DNA of 37,495 nt from Rhodoferax sp. (GCA_031373455.1 JANMMR010000002.1:1-37495), one strand, 5' to 3'; positions 1 to 8,132 are shown, counted from the first letter of the stretch. Translations and numbers: made by a program. Notes: generated by a model from the sequence alone, not told the origin.

Positions 1-1
1 T

Positions 2-508
2 TTGCGCCACCAGACGCCCGAAACCGGACCGGCGCCGCTGGACGGGCGGCGCACCGTGGTGCTGGTACATGGCACCACCCGGCTGGACAACGAATGGCCA
101 CAGGCGCGCTGGATCGACCTGGGCCGGCGCCTGGTCAGCCAAGGCTTCCATGTGGTGCTGCCGCAAAATGGCGGCATGGAGCTGGCCTTTTCAAAAACCG
201 TCGCGCAGGCCATCGGTCCGGGCGCTGAAGTCTGGCCGCGCATGGCGCTGGCGCCACTGTTGGACCAGCTGGCGCTCACCACCGGCGTGATCGGTGTGGA
301 CACCGGCTTGAGCCACCTGGCCGTGGCGCTGGATTTGCCGCACGTGCAGATCTTCAGCCAGCCGCGCGCCTGGCGAGCCGGGCCGGTGGGGCGCAAACAC
401 CAGCGCGCGGTGGGCGGCGAAGCCGCGCCCACGGTTGACTTGGTGTGGCGCACCTGGCTCAAGGTCTCGGAGGGCAGCGATTCGATGTGGCAGTCGCCCT
501 CGTTCTGA
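2..508 (+). CDS. Glycosyltransferase family 9 (LPS heptosyltransferase-like), C-terminal fragment; 5' end lies outside the window
   Basis: The ORF is open to the window edge. The motif GVIGVDTGLSHLAVALDLPHVQIF is typical of GT9 heptosyltransferases. It lies directly upstream of waaA. Confidence 0.75.
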   Translation: MRHQTPETGPAPLDGRRTVVLVHGTTRLDNEWPQARWIDLGRRLVSQGFHVVLPQNGGMELAFSKTVAQAIGPGAEVWPRMALAPLLDQLALTTGVIGVDTGLSHLAVALDLPHVQIFSQPRAWRAGPVGRKHQRAVGGEAAPTVDLVWRTWLKVSEGSDSMWQSPSF

Positions 509-525
509 TGCGCTGCACGGCCCTG

Positions 526-686
526 GTACTGCGACTCAGAGATTTCGAAACATGAAAGCGTGCTTGCGCCCCCATACCCGCGTTGCAAAGCCTCGCCATG
601 GCCACAGCCATGTCTGCGTTTTGCGCCTTGGCCTGAGTGCGAAATCACCACTTTCATTGTGTTTCGAAATCTCTGAGTCGCAGTAC
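526..686. repeat. 161-bp element bounded by perfect 27-bp inverted repeats (MITE-like element or giant hairpin)
   Basis: Read directly: 526-552 GTACTGCGACTCAGAGATTTCGAAACA is the exact reverse complement of 660-686. The pairing extends to TGAAAG 553-558 / CTTTCA 651-656 across a small bulge. It fills the gap between the GT9 stop (508) and the waaA start (705). Confidence 0.85.
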
Positions 687-704
687 TAGTGTGAAAGCCG
701 GCGC

Positions 705-2075
705 GTGATCCGGGCGGCCTATTCGCTGGTGATGCGCCTGGCGCAGCCCCTGATGCGCGCCAAACTTCGCCGCCGCGCCGTGGCCGAGCCGGGGTATGCC
801 GTGGCGATGGACGAACGCTTCGGTCTGTATGCCACTGCAACCCCCAACCCAGCACCGGGCCAGGCCTTGGTGTGGGTACACGCCGTGTCATTGGGCGAAA
901 CCCGGGCCGCCGCCATTTTGGTCAAGCGCCTGCGCGAGCAACGGCCGGGCATGCGTTTGTTGCTCACCCACGGCACTGCCACCGGGCGCGCGGAAGGCGT
1001 TGCGCTCCTGCAAGAGGGCGACGTGCAGGCCTGGCAGCCGTGGGACACCCCTGGCGCGGTGGAAAAATTCCTCACCCATTTCAAGCCGCGCATCGGCATC
1101 TTGATGGAAACCGAAGTCTGGCCCAACCTCGCCGCAGCGTGCCGGAGCCGGCAAATTCCGCTGGTGCTGGCCAACGCGCGCCTGAGCGAGAAGTCGTACC
1201 GGCAGGCGTTGCGGCTCGCGTGGCTGGCGCGGCCGGCCTACCGCGCGCTGGCGGCGGTTTGGGCACAGACCGAGGCGGATGCCGCGCGCCTCAACAACCT
1301 GGGCGCACCAGTGGCCGGCGTGTTGGGCAACCTGAAGTTCGACGCCACACCCAACCCGCAACAGCTCGAACAAGGGCGCGCCTGGCGCAGGCAATTGGCG
1401 CGGCCGGTGGTGCTTTTTGCCAGCTCGCGCGACGGTGAAGAAGCCGCGCTGCTGGCCATCTTGAAAGACCCGGTCCATCCTGCCAGCGCTACGGCACGGG
1501 CGGTGCAGTGGCTGATCGTGCCGCGCCATCCACAGCGTTTTGACGACGTGGCAGCGATGGCCAGCGCACACGGTTTTGCTGTGTCGCGGCGCAGCACCTG
1601 GGGTAACGGATTGCCAATTCCAGCCGCTGCCGCTGAATCGCCTCCGGATCTGGCCGCGCCTGCGACCATCTGGCTTGGTGATTCCCTGGGTGAGATGCCC
1701 GTTTATTACGGCCTGGCCAGCGTCGCGTTGCTGGGTGGCAGTTTCGAGCCGCTGGGCGGGCAAAACCTGATAGAAGCGGCGGCCTGCGCCTGCCCCGTGG
1801 TGATGGGGCCGCACACCTTCAATTTCGCCGAAGCCGCGCAGTTGGCCCTGGAGGCGGGCGCTGCCCAACGTGCTTCGGGCCTGGCGGAGGCCGTGCAAAT
1901 GGCGCTTTTGCTGGCGGCCGATGCGACGCGTTTGCAGGCCGCCCGCACGGCCGCGCAAACCTTCACCGCAGCGCACCAGGGCGCGACTGCCCAACTGGTT
2001 CAGGCCATTGAGGCTATGCTGGCGAACCCGCCAATTCCACCGATCCTGCAAAAACCAGCCAAGGACGCCGCGTGA
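705..2075 (+). CDS. waaA: 3-deoxy-D-manno-octulosonic acid (Kdo) transferase
   Basis: 456-aa ORF with a GTG start. The motif VWVHAVSLGETRAA and the C-terminal GGSF..GGQN.IEAAA pattern are characteristic of WaaA/KdtA. High GC3. Confidence 0.9.
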   Translation: MIRAAYSLVMRLAQPLMRAKLRRRAVAEPGYAVAMDERFGLYATATPNPAPGQALVWVHAVSLGETRAAAILVKRLREQRPGMRLLLTHGTATGRAEGVALLQEGDVQAWQPWDTPGAVEKFLTHFKPRIGILMETEVWPNLAAACRSRQIPLVLANARLSEKSYRQALRLAWLARPAYRALAAVWAQTEADAARLNNLGAPVAGVLGNLKFDATPNPQQLEQGRAWRRQLARPVVLFASSRDGEEAALLAILKDPVHPASATARAVQWLIVPRHPQRFDDVAAMASAHGFAVSRRSTWGNGLPIPAAAAESPPDLAAPATIWLGDSLGEMPVYYGLASVALLGGSFEPLGGQNLIEAAACACPVVMGPHTFNFAEAAQLALEAGAAQRASGLAEAVQMALLLAADATRLQAARTAAQTFTAAHQGATAQLVQAIEAMLANPPIPPILQKPAKDAA

Positions 2076-2905
2076 GTTATTCCGACATCCTCTACAACGT
2101 GCGCGACCAGATCGCCACCGTCACCCTGAACCGCCCCGACAAACTCAACGCCTGGACGCGCACCATGGACACCGAAGTGCGCGCTGCCATGTCTGCCGCC
2201 GCGCAGGACGCCAAGGTGCGCGTGATCCTGATCACCGGCGCCGGCCGTGGCTTCTGCGCCGGCGCCGACATGAACCTGCTCAGCGGCATTTCCTCGGGTG
2301 CCGTGCAGCGCGAGCCGGTGCCGGGTGTTTCGCCAGTGGCAGCGGGCGACGGCCCTGGCAGTGAGATGGCAGCCAACTACGAGGCCAGTTTTGGTTACCT
2401 GCAGCGCTTGGGCAAACCGGTGATCGCGGCCATCAACGGCCCCGTTGCCGGCATTGGCCTGTGTTTTGCCCTGTATTGCGACATCCGCCTGATGGCAGAC
2501 GGCGCCAAACTCACCACCGCGTTCGCGCGGCGCGGGCTGATCGCCGAGCACGGCATCTCCTGGCTGCTGCCGCGCCTGGTCGGCCCGATGCAGGCGATGG
2601 ACCTGCTGCTGTCGGCGCGAACCGTTAGCGCTGCCGAAGCGGCTCAAATGGGCCTGGTGAAACTGATGGACAAGGAAGGTTTTGAAGACGCGGCGCTGGC
2701 CTATGCCCGCGAGCTGGCGCAGCTCTCGTCCCCGCGCTCCATGGGCGTGATCAAGCGGCAACTCTTTGAAGCGCAGTTCCAGTCGTTGGGGCAGGCGGTG
2801 GCGGTGGCCAACCACGAGATGATGCAGTCGTTCGGCTCGGAAGACTTCAAGGAAGGGGTAGCGCACTTTGTGCAAAAACGCGCGCCGGCCTTCACGGGTC
2901 AATGA
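2072..2905 (+). CDS. Enoyl-CoA hydratase/isomerase (crotonase) family protein
   Basis: 277 aa. Crotonase oxyanion-hole motif ITGAGRGFCAGADM. The GTGA start/stop overlap with waaA suggests co-translation. Confidence 0.9.
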   Translation: MSYSDILYNVRDQIATVTLNRPDKLNAWTRTMDTEVRAAMSAAAQDAKVRVILITGAGRGFCAGADMNLLSGISSGAVQREPVPGVSPVAAGDGPGSEMAANYEASFGYLQRLGKPVIAAINGPVAGIGLCFALYCDIRLMADGAKLTTAFARRGLIAEHGISWLLPRLVGPMQAMDLLLSARTVSAAEAAQMGLVKLMDKEGFEDAALAYARELAQLSSPRSMGVIKRQLFEAQFQSLGQAVAVANHEMMQSFGSEDFKEGVAHFVQKRAPAFTGQ

Positions 2906-2971
2906 ACCCTGGCACTGATTCCAGGCACTGAACCCGGCTACAGAATCCAGGCGCCGAATTCGCATACAGCC

Positions 2972-3802
2972 ATGGCTTACCTTCGCCTGCGCCAAGTCTG
3001 CCTGCTGGCGCGCGAGCTGGAGCCGGTGGTGCAGGATGTGTGTGCGGTGCTGGGCCTGCAGGTCTGTCACCGCGACCCGGGCGTTGAGCGGTTTGGCCTG
3101 CACAACGCGCTGATGCGCATGGGCAGTGCGTTCATCGAAGTGGTGGCGCCTTTGCCGGGCGCTGCGGGGGAGGGCACGGCGGCCACGCGCCACCTGGCGC
3201 GCCAGGGCGGCGACAGTGGCTACATGGTGATTCTGGATTGCGACGACGTCACGCCCTGGCGCAACCACATGGCGGCCGTGGCTGTGCGCGAAGCGGCGTT
3301 TCTGGAAATGCCCGGCGCGCCTGGCCAGCCCATCGCCTACCAGGGTTTGCAATTGCACCCGCGCGACACCGGCGGCGCACTCCTTGAGATCAACCACACG
3401 CCGGGCGGCGCGTCGCTCAACGGGCCGTATTGGCCCGCCGGGCCGCATTGGCAAAACGCCGCCGATGGCCGCTTGGGCGCAAGCCTTGGCGGCGTAACTT
3501 TGCGCGCGGTCGACCGTGACGCACTGGCGCTGCGCTGGGCAAACTTTCTGAAGCGGCCCCTGAGCGGTGAGCCCGCCACGCAAAGCCTCGCACTGGACAA
3601 CGGCACCACCATCCATTTCACGTCAGCCACGGCCGATGAAGGCCCTGGCTTCTCGCAAATCAACTTGCGCCTGGAGCTTGCCGCCAGCGAAGCCGACGCC
3701 GTTTTTGCCGGTGTGGCCGAGCGCGCCGGTGCGCAAGCCTGCGCAGTTGACAGACGCCAGCGGGCGGTAAAAATCGGTGGGGTCTGGTGGAGATTTGGCT
3801 GA
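2972..3802 (+). CDS. VOC/glyoxalase-like domain protein (function uncertain)
   Basis: 276-aa ORF with host-like codon bias. The N-terminus (LRQVCLLARELEPVV...GSAFIEVVAP) resembles glyoxalase-like domain proteins. This assignment is from memory only. Confidence 0.65.
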   Translation: MAYLRLRQVCLLARELEPVVQDVCAVLGLQVCHRDPGVERFGLHNALMRMGSAFIEVVAPLPGAAGEGTAATRHLARQGGDSGYMVILDCDDVTPWRNHMAAVAVREAAFLEMPGAPGQPIAYQGLQLHPRDTGGALLEINHTPGGASLNGPYWPAGPHWQNAADGRLGASLGGVTLRAVDRDALALRWANFLKRPLSGEPATQSLALDNGTTIHFTSATADEGPGFSQINLRLELAASEADAVFAGVAERAGAQACAVDRRQRAVKIGGVWWRFG

Positions 3803-3850
3803 TATTAAATAAATTTCATGTATATTTTCGTGTATAAATAATTCTCTTTC

Positions 3851-3888
3851 AAGTCACGAATTATATGAATATTTAGCTATTATTTTTA
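3851..3888 (+). promoter_or_regulatory. Bipartite motif instance A: AAGTCACG-N17-GCTATTATTTTT
   Basis: AAGTCACG is at 3851-3858, a 17-nt spacer at 3859-3875, and GCTAT at 3876-3880 followed by a T-rich run. The same boxes and spacing occur at 33495-33532 (+) and 14577-14614 (-). Confidence 0.5.
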
Positions 3889-3967
3889 TTGTAAAAAAGT
3901 ATATAAAATAAACAAAAATATAAATAAAATATAATATAAACAAATTTAAAGTTTCAATTTCGACAAT

Positions 3968-3987
3968 AATTAACACCCTTGTTAATT
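3968..3987. promoter_or_regulatory. Perfect palindrome AATTAACA-CCCT-TGTTAATT (candidate operator)
   Basis: Read directly: 8-bp arms with a 4-bp spacer, ending 16 nt upstream of the ATG at 4004. Confidence 0.35.
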
Positions 3988-4003
3988 AGTACACAGGCCC
4001 GCC

Positions 4004-5380
4004 ATGTTTTTAAAACAACTTGAGATCAGCCAAATCCGCGCCATCGAACACGCCGCCCTCGATTTCAGGGGTGAATCGGCGGCTGGCGCGGGTGCCATGC
4101 GCCAGCGCACGGTTTTGATCGGCGACAACGCTTGCGGCAAGAGCACCGTGCTGCGCACCGCCGCGCTGGTCCTGGCGGGCACTGAGGCGCTGAACGCAGC
4201 GGGCGCGCAGCCTGGCTGGTTGGGCGAGCCGGCGACTTGGGTGCGCAACGGCCAGAAGCAAGGCCACATCCGGGCCGTGCTCACGCCGGAAAAAGGCGCA
4301 GACATCACCGTCGCCCTGACGCTCCAGCCCGGGTGGAGCCTGCGCCAAACGCTGGCCAAAAACCAGAAGAGCCTGCAGGCGCTCGATGCCGCACTGGCGC
4401 AGTCGGCGCGGCGTTATTTCACGCTGGCTTATGGTGCCTCGCGCCGGCCGTCGCGCCTGGCGCAGGTCGGCGCGTCATCCAAAGCGGCCAGCGCGCCAGC
4501 CAACGCCGCCCGCGCAAGCGCCAGCCCTCTGCAACGCAGCGGGCAACTGGCCGGATTGTTGTCGCCCGATGCAGCGCTCGTCGCCTTTGAGCCGTGGGCG
4601 GCGGGCTTGAGCGCTCCGGGCAAAGCCGCGTTGCGGGCACTGCTCAAAGCCCTCCTGCCGGGCGTGGCCGTTGCCGGTATCGATGCCTCAGGCGGCCAGG
4701 TCGTCTTCAAAACGGCCGATGGCTCGATTCCTTTTGCGCAGCTCTCCCTGGCGCACCAGACCCTGATCGCCTGGTGTGGCGACCTGCTCTACCGCGTCGG
4801 CCAGGCCTTTGGCGCGGCAGCGTCGCCCCTCAAAACCAGCGGCCTGTTGCTGCTCGACGAGCTGGAGCTGCACCTGCACCCGCTGCACCAGCGCGGCGTG
4901 CTGGTGGCACTGTCTGCGGCTCTGCCCAACCTGCAAATCATGGCCACCAGCCACTCGCCGATGGTGGTGCAGCAACTTCGCCCGGGTGAGCTGGTGCTGC
5001 TGGAGCGGGCTACGCCGCAGCGCGGCGCAACAGCGCGGGTGGTGCAAGGCGACCCGAGCCAGTTGACGCTGGGCCAGTTGATGGCGCCGATGTTTGGCAT
5101 TGATTCAACCGACTCCACCCGGGTGGCGGCGCTGCGCAGCCGCGCGCGCTCGAGCCCGGGTCTGCTCGCGGCGCGTGACCACATCGAGCTGGCCAGCCTC
5201 TCGCCCATCCACCAGTTGCCGCCAGCCCTGCAGGCGCAACTCCAGGCCACCACCGAACTCACCGAGGCGGTCGCCCGCTCGGCCGGCCAACGCGCGCCCA
5301 AACTCGACCCGGCCAAGCTGCGCGAAAAAATGGGGGAACGCATCCAGAGCGCCGCCTTGCGTGTGGGGGGCGGCACATGA
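4004..5380 (+). CDS. ptuA: ABC/AAA_21-type ATPase, Septu PtuA-like
   Basis: 458 aa. Walker A LIGDNACGKSTVL, Walker B LLLLDELELHLHP, H-loop-like ATSHSP. The N-terminus MFLKQLEISQIRAIE is typical of RecF/SMC-like defence ATPases. It is translationally coupled to the downstream HNH gene. Confidence 0.8.
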   Translation: MFLKQLEISQIRAIEHAALDFRGESAAGAGAMRQRTVLIGDNACGKSTVLRTAALVLAGTEALNAAGAQPGWLGEPATWVRNGQKQGHIRAVLTPEKGADITVALTLQPGWSLRQTLAKNQKSLQALDAALAQSARRYFTLAYGASRRPSRLAQVGASSKAASAPANAARASASPLQRSGQLAGLLSPDAALVAFEPWAAGLSAPGKAALRALLKALLPGVAVAGIDASGGQVVFKTADGSIPFAQLSLAHQTLIAWCGDLLYRVGQAFGAAASPLKTSGLLLLDELELHLHPLHQRGVLVALSAALPNLQIMATSHSPMVVQQLRPGELVLLERATPQRGATARVVQGDPSQLTLGQLMAPMFGIDSTDSTRVAALRSRARSSPGLLAARDHIELASLSPIHQLPPALQAQLQATTELTEAVARSAGQRAPKLDPAKLREKMGERIQSAALRVGGGT

Positions 5381-6213
5381 TTGCCCTCTCGCGCAAGCCC
5401 GAGGGCATTCCTGCCAAATACCGCGGCGCCGGCCTGAAAAAAGCCATGGCGGCCTTGCTCGAGGCGTTTTATGCCAATGCCGGCGCGGTGCCCTTCAACC
5501 AGCAGAAAAACCTGCAAATCTGGACCGAGGCGAAACCCAACCTCAAGCTTGAATCCCACGACAAATGCGCCTACTGCGAAGCGCCCACCAGCGCCGTGAC
5601 ATTTGGCGATGTGGAGCACTTCCGGCCCAAAAGCGGCTACTGGTGGCTGGCCTACAGCTACGACAACTACGCCTACGCCTGCCAGATCTGCAACCAGGCC
5701 TTCAAGGGCGACCGGTTCGACGTTCGGGCGCCCAAACTGAATGCGCCGGTGCCACTGCCGGCCAAACGCCCGGCAAAAGCGGCGCTGGAGCAACTGGCCA
5801 CCCAGTTATGCCCGGACCCGGCCACCAGCAGCCAGGCCAGCCTGCGCGCCTTGTGGAAGGGCGAAAAAGCCGTGTTGCCGCACCCGTATCTGGAGCTGCC
5901 CGAAGCGCTGATGGCGTGGCAGGTGGATGAGATCAACCAGGAAGTCACGCTGGTTCCAGTGCCCGGCAGCAGCGCCTCAAAAGTGGCGGTGAAGGCGTGT
6001 GAAAAACTGCTCGGCATGAACCGCGAGGAATTGCGCCGACTGCGTTACCCGCAGTACGACCGGGTCTTCAGCCACGCCCTGGTGGTGCAGGAGGCCCGCA
6101 CCGAGGCGGTCCGCCAAATGGCCAAAACACGCTTGGCCGCCGCCGCCCGCGACGACCAACCCTTCGCCGGCATGACGCGTTATTTCCTGCGCCAGTGGGG
6201 TGTTTTGGTCTGA
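5377..6213 (+). CDS. ptuB: HNH endonuclease (TIGR02646-like), Septu PtuB-like
   Basis: 278 aa. HNH core CAYCEAP...GDVEHFRPKS...YACQICNQAFKGD. The start overlaps the ptuA-like stop as ATGA (5377-5380). Confidence 0.8.
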   Translation: MIALSRKPEGIPAKYRGAGLKKAMAALLEAFYANAGAVPFNQQKNLQIWTEAKPNLKLESHDKCAYCEAPTSAVTFGDVEHFRPKSGYWWLAYSYDNYAYACQICNQAFKGDRFDVRAPKLNAPVPLPAKRPAKAALEQLATQLCPDPATSSQASLRALWKGEKAVLPHPYLELPEALMAWQVDEINQEVTLVPVPGSSASKVAVKACEKLLGMNREELRRLRYPQYDRVFSHALVVQEARTEAVRQMAKTRLAAAARDDQPFAGMTRYFLRQWGVLV

Positions 6214-6315
6214 GCGACCGTGGGGGCTATTTTCCGCCGGGCCGCCCCAAGGAAAATGCGGCCCCCTCGGGGGGCAGGGAGCTACACGAAGTGAGCGACC
6301 GCGGGGGCCACTTTC
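6211..6315. repeat. Structured REP-like intergenic repeat (two 24-nt direct copies plus internal G5/C5 hairpins)
   Basis: 6211-6234 TGAGCGACCGTGGGGGCTATTTTC and 6292-6315 TGAGCGACCGCGGGGGCCACTTTC match at 21/24 positions. GGGGGCTATTTTCC 6222-6235 can pair with GGAAAATGCGGCCCCC 6251-6266. There is a C5/G5-6 hairpin at 6262-6274. Copy 1 starts at the ptuB-like stop and copy 2 covers the tolC stop. Confidence 0.6.
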
Positions 6316-7690
6316 ATTTCACCAAGAGGGCATTCACACCCGAGAGATCGCCGGCTGCGAGTGACCCACTGGCCTGGCGCAGGCGCAGGCCACCGACCAA
6401 GACGTCGTAACGCGCTTTGGCGAGGTCACGTTTGGTCTGAAACAACTGGCTTTGCGCGTTGAGCACATCGATGTTGATGCGCACGCCCACTTTGTAACCG
6501 AGCTGGTTGGCTTCGAGCGCGCTTTGGCTCGAGGATTCCGCCGCCTCCAGCGCCTTGACTTGGCCTTGGCCCGACAACACACCAAAATAGGTCGAACGCA
6601 CCGCCTGGGCCACCGACCGGCGGGCGCCTTCGAGGTCGATGCGGGCCTTGTCTTCCAGCGCCAGCGTTTCCTTGATGCGGTTTTGCGTAGCATGGCCGGT
6701 GTACAGCGGCATGTTCAACTGGATGCCGACGCTCGTGGAGTTGACCAGCGAGCCGATGTTGGTGTTGGTGTTGCCGCCGTCGTTGCGCACGATGCCGTAG
6801 TTGCCCACGATGTCCACCGTGGGTTTTTCACCGGCGCGTGCTTTGGCGGTTTCCAGCACCGCCACGTCCAGCGCGGTGCGCAACTGGCGCAGGCTTGGGT
6901 GGTTCATTTCCGACTGTTGCACCCAGGAGTTGACGTCCGCCGGCGTCACAGCCGGCAGGGTCAGGGGCAGGGCAACCGGTTTGGGTTCGGCGTTGAGTTT
7001 CCCGACCGCCTGGTCCAACGCCAGGCGCTTGACGAGCAGGTCGTTTTCAGCGGCCACTTGCTGGGCGATGACCAGGTCAAAACGGGCCTGCGCTTCGCGC
7101 GTGTCAGTGATGGTGGAAGTACCAACTTCAAAATTGCGCTTGGCGGCGGCGAGCTGCTCGGCAACGGCCGATTTTTGCGCCAGCACGAAGGTCAGGCTGT
7201 CTTTGGAGGCCAGCACGTCAAAATAAGCCTGGCTGATGCGCACCATCAAATCCTGGTCGGCCGCCAGCAACTGCGCTTCGGATTGCTCCAGCAATTTCTG
7301 GCCTTGATCAAATGCGACCTGGTTGGCCGGGCGGTACAGCGGGTAGCTGCCACTGACGCCGACCTGCTGGGTGCCAAATCCGCGGTCTGAACCGGGGCCG
7401 ATCGACGGCGACACCCACAGGTAAGACTGCGACGCAGCTGCCGCCAGCCCAGCGGTAGGCAACAGGCCGGCCCGGGCTTGCTCGCTGCGGGCGAGGTTGG
7501 CGTCGGCCTGCGCCTTGGCCGAAAGGAAAGCGGCATCGGAAACGCGGGCCAGCTCGTACAGTTCCACCAGGCTTTGGGCTTGGGCCGGCAAAGCCAGGAA
7601 ACCCAGCAAAGCGCCGGCTGCGGCCATCGCCGTGACAAACCTGCCGGCAAACCAGGCGCTGCGTCGGTGCAAAAGAGGGGAAGTTTTCAT
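6314..7690 (-). CDS. tolC: TolC-family outer-membrane efflux channel
   Basis: 458 aa. Signal peptide ends ...LALPAQAQSL. The TolC N-terminal LVELYELA.. motif is present, with a two-repeat architecture. Confidence 0.92.
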   Translation of the reverse strand: MKTSPLLHRRSAWFAGRFVTAMAAAGALLGFLALPAQAQSLVELYELARVSDAAFLSAKAQADANLARSEQARAGLLPTAGLAAAASQSYLWVSPSIGPGSDRGFGTQQVGVSGSYPLYRPANQVAFDQGQKLLEQSEAQLLAADQDLMVRISQAYFDVLASKDSLTFVLAQKSAVAEQLAAAKRNFEVGTSTITDTREAQARFDLVIAQQVAAENDLLVKRLALDQAVGKLNAEPKPVALPLTLPAVTPADVNSWVQQSEMNHPSLRQLRTALDVAVLETAKARAGEKPTVDIVGNYGIVRNDGGNTNTNIGSLVNSTSVGIQLNMPLYTGHATQNRIKETLALEDKARIDLEGARRSVAQAVRSTYFGVLSGQGQVKALEAAESSSQSALEANQLGYKVGVRINIDVLNAQSQLFQTKRDLAKARYDVLVGGLRLRQASGSLAAGDLSGVNALLVK

Positions 7691-7787
7691 GGGTGTCTTG
7701 GGCTTGCGGTGCGTTTGGGCAGTTTAGCAGGTTGCTACAAAAAAGCGAGTGTGAAGGGCCTGTCGCGGGGCCATTGCAGCCGCGGTG

Positions 7788-8132
7788 TCAGTAACGCGCC
7801 ACGCGCGGGTCGAGTTCCACTGACCAGGCTTCAATGCCGCCCGCGATGTTGGCGACCTGCTTAAAACCCTGGTTTTCGAGGAACTGGGCGATCCGCTGGC
7901 TGCGCGCGCCGTGGTGGCACAACACGGCGACTGGCCGGGTGGTGTCGAGTTCGGCCAGTCGGGCCGGCACACTGTTCATGGGGATGGCCACCAATTCATA
8001 ACCGGCATCGGGCGCAACGCTGGCGACGGCCAGCTCATTGGGCTCGCGCACATCCAGCAGCATCGGTTTGCCCGGCGGTTGGGCGGCGTCGAACCAGGCG
8101 GCCAGCTGGGCAGGGCGGATTTGCGGAATCAT
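7788..8132 (-). CDS. Rhodanese-like domain protein (sulfurtransferase)
   Basis: 114 aa. Active-site loop VLCHHGARS. Confidence 0.85.
   Translation of the reverse strand: MIPQIRPAQLAAWFDAAQPPGKPMLLDVREPNELAVASVAPDAGYELVAIPMNSVPARLAELDTTRPVAVLCHHGARSQRIAQFLENQGFKQVANIAGGIEAWSVELDPRVARY

Larger units (their letters stand above)
3803..4003 (+). promoter_or_regulatory. AT-rich island A: leader/promoter region of the ATPase-HNH module
   Basis: The composition breaks sharply right after the stop codon at 3802. I count only 4 G/C in 3901-3960 and 12 G/C in 3841-3900. It has no ORF above 8 codons and ends about 15 nt before the ATG at 4004. Confidence 0.5.

Noticed and set aside
2000-3616. 538-aa minus-strand ORF. 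Similar long ORFs lie opposite known genes, for example 888-2051(-), 10703-12346(+), 12356-13513(+), 18920-20197(+), 31319-32626(+) and 35046-36404(-).
   Set aside because: They are typical shadow ORFs of GC-rich DNA. Their translations are Arg/Ala/Gly/Pro-rich with no recognisable motifs. Each lies antisense to, or out of frame with, an ORF that carries clear family signatures.
3803-4003. Retron msr/msd non-coding RNA upstream of the PtuAB-like genes, since PtuAB also serve as Ec78-type retron effectors.
   Set aside because: There is no reverse transcriptase gene in the window. The leader also lacks the paired flanking inverted repeats and GC-containing stems expected of msr/msd.
6195-6410. 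71-aa + strand ORF spanning the REP-like repeat.
   Set aside because: It is built from the repeat sequence plus the antisense of the tolC 3' end. It has no SD and no motifs.
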